This document shows, in pieces, positions 24,994 through 25,449 of a stretch of DNA of 25,449 bases (position 1 is its first letter; each line of letters begins with the position of its first letter). The notes below the pieces were generated by a model. That model did no database searches, was not told the origin of the DNA, and worked only from the letters and a program-made list of their open reading frames with translations. The position numbers and the translations under genes are program-made. The stretch comes from Candidatus Methylomirabilia bacterium (GTDB lineage: Bacteria; Methylomirabilota; Methylomirabilia; Rokubacteriales; CSP1-6), in assembly GCA_041492755.1 (NCBI GenBank), contig JBGPXN010000062.1, positions 1-25,449 on the forward strand, in the 5' to 3' direction.

Positions 24994-25337
24994 GATGATC
25001 CCAACCGGCGCTCGTGCGGCTCGTTCTTCACGAACCCGATCGTCAGCGCCACCGACGCCGAGCGCGTGGTGGCGCTGGCGGGGGATCCCACGATGCCGCG
25101 CTGGCCGCAGCCGGACGGTCGCGTGAAGCTCTCGGCGGCGTGGCTGATCGAGCGGGCGGGCTTCCGGCGTGGCAGCGCGAGGGACCGGTCGGGCTGTCGA
25201 CGCGTCACGCGCTGGCCGTTGTCGCCCACGAGGGCGCCCGCGCCGCCGATGTCCTCTTCGCGCGCCGACTGCGCGATCGCATGCGGGAGCGCTTCGCGGT
25301 GACGCTGGCGTTCGAGCCCGTGGTGTGGGAACGGTGA
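24994..25337 (+). pseudogene. murB: murB C-terminal fragment, 5'-truncated and frameshifted
   Basis: DPNRRSCGSFFTNP..VKLSAAWLIERAGFRRG, frameshift near 25173, then GPVGLSTRHALAVV..FAVTLAFEP. No FAD-binding N-terminal domain. Confidence 0.85.
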
Positions 25338-25356
25338 CCGTGGCGCGGAGCGCTCC

Positions 25357-25449
25357 GTGAAGCCCCCGCTGCCGGAGCCGTTGCCCGCCGATCCGCTGCC
25401 GCTGGTGGAGCAGTGGCTGCGCGAGGCGACCGAGTCGAGCCGCAACGCC
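25357..25449 (+). CDS. pdxH: Pyridoxamine 5'-phosphate oxidase, 5' end (runs off the window)
   Basis: GGAG RBS, then GTG: MKPPLPEPLPADPLPLVEQWLREATESSRNA, matching the DP...W..EA N-terminal pattern. Only 31 codons visible. Confidence 0.6.
   Translation, partial: MKPPLPEPLPADPLPLVEQWLREATESSRNA

Noticed and set aside
1..25449. tRNA, rRNA, riboswitch, CRISPR-Cas or defence systems
   Set aside because: No recognisable signatures by eye. A covariance-model search would be needed to exclude small RNAs.

Overview
High-GC bacterial chromosomal window. Gene style suggests Ca. Rokubacteria/Methylomirabilota, but this is inference. Left half is largely intact: a xanthine-oxidase-family molybdoenzyme large subunit (HmfA-like) diverging from a tightly coupled 9-gene operon (two paralogous H-x-H membrane proteins, an exported protein whose mature form starts His-His, a LivJHMGF-type ABC importer, a His-patch TlpA redoxin). 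Next come a REC-PAS-HisKA protein lacking an ATPase domain, a 238-bp long inverted-repeat element, small genes with sigma54-like promoters, hydantoinase/oxoprolinase A and B, and a CAP protein. Right half holds a Dpp/Opp permease + SBP cluster, a D-2-hydroxyacid dehydrogenase, a CBS protein, tiny Zn-finger genes missed by the ORF track, and many gene remnants (gamma-CA, cyclase TPR, receiver domain, LLM oxidoreductase, IS21, murB), ending in the pdxH 5' end. Main candidates for new biology: (i) the His-motif membrane/periplasmic module coupled to the ABC importer, (ii) the long IR element, (iii) a palindromic repeat found both intergenically and in-frame inside hyuA, (iv) repeated RTGA-overlapping mini-ORFs bridging gene junctions. 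All calls come from reading the sequence; no searches were run.
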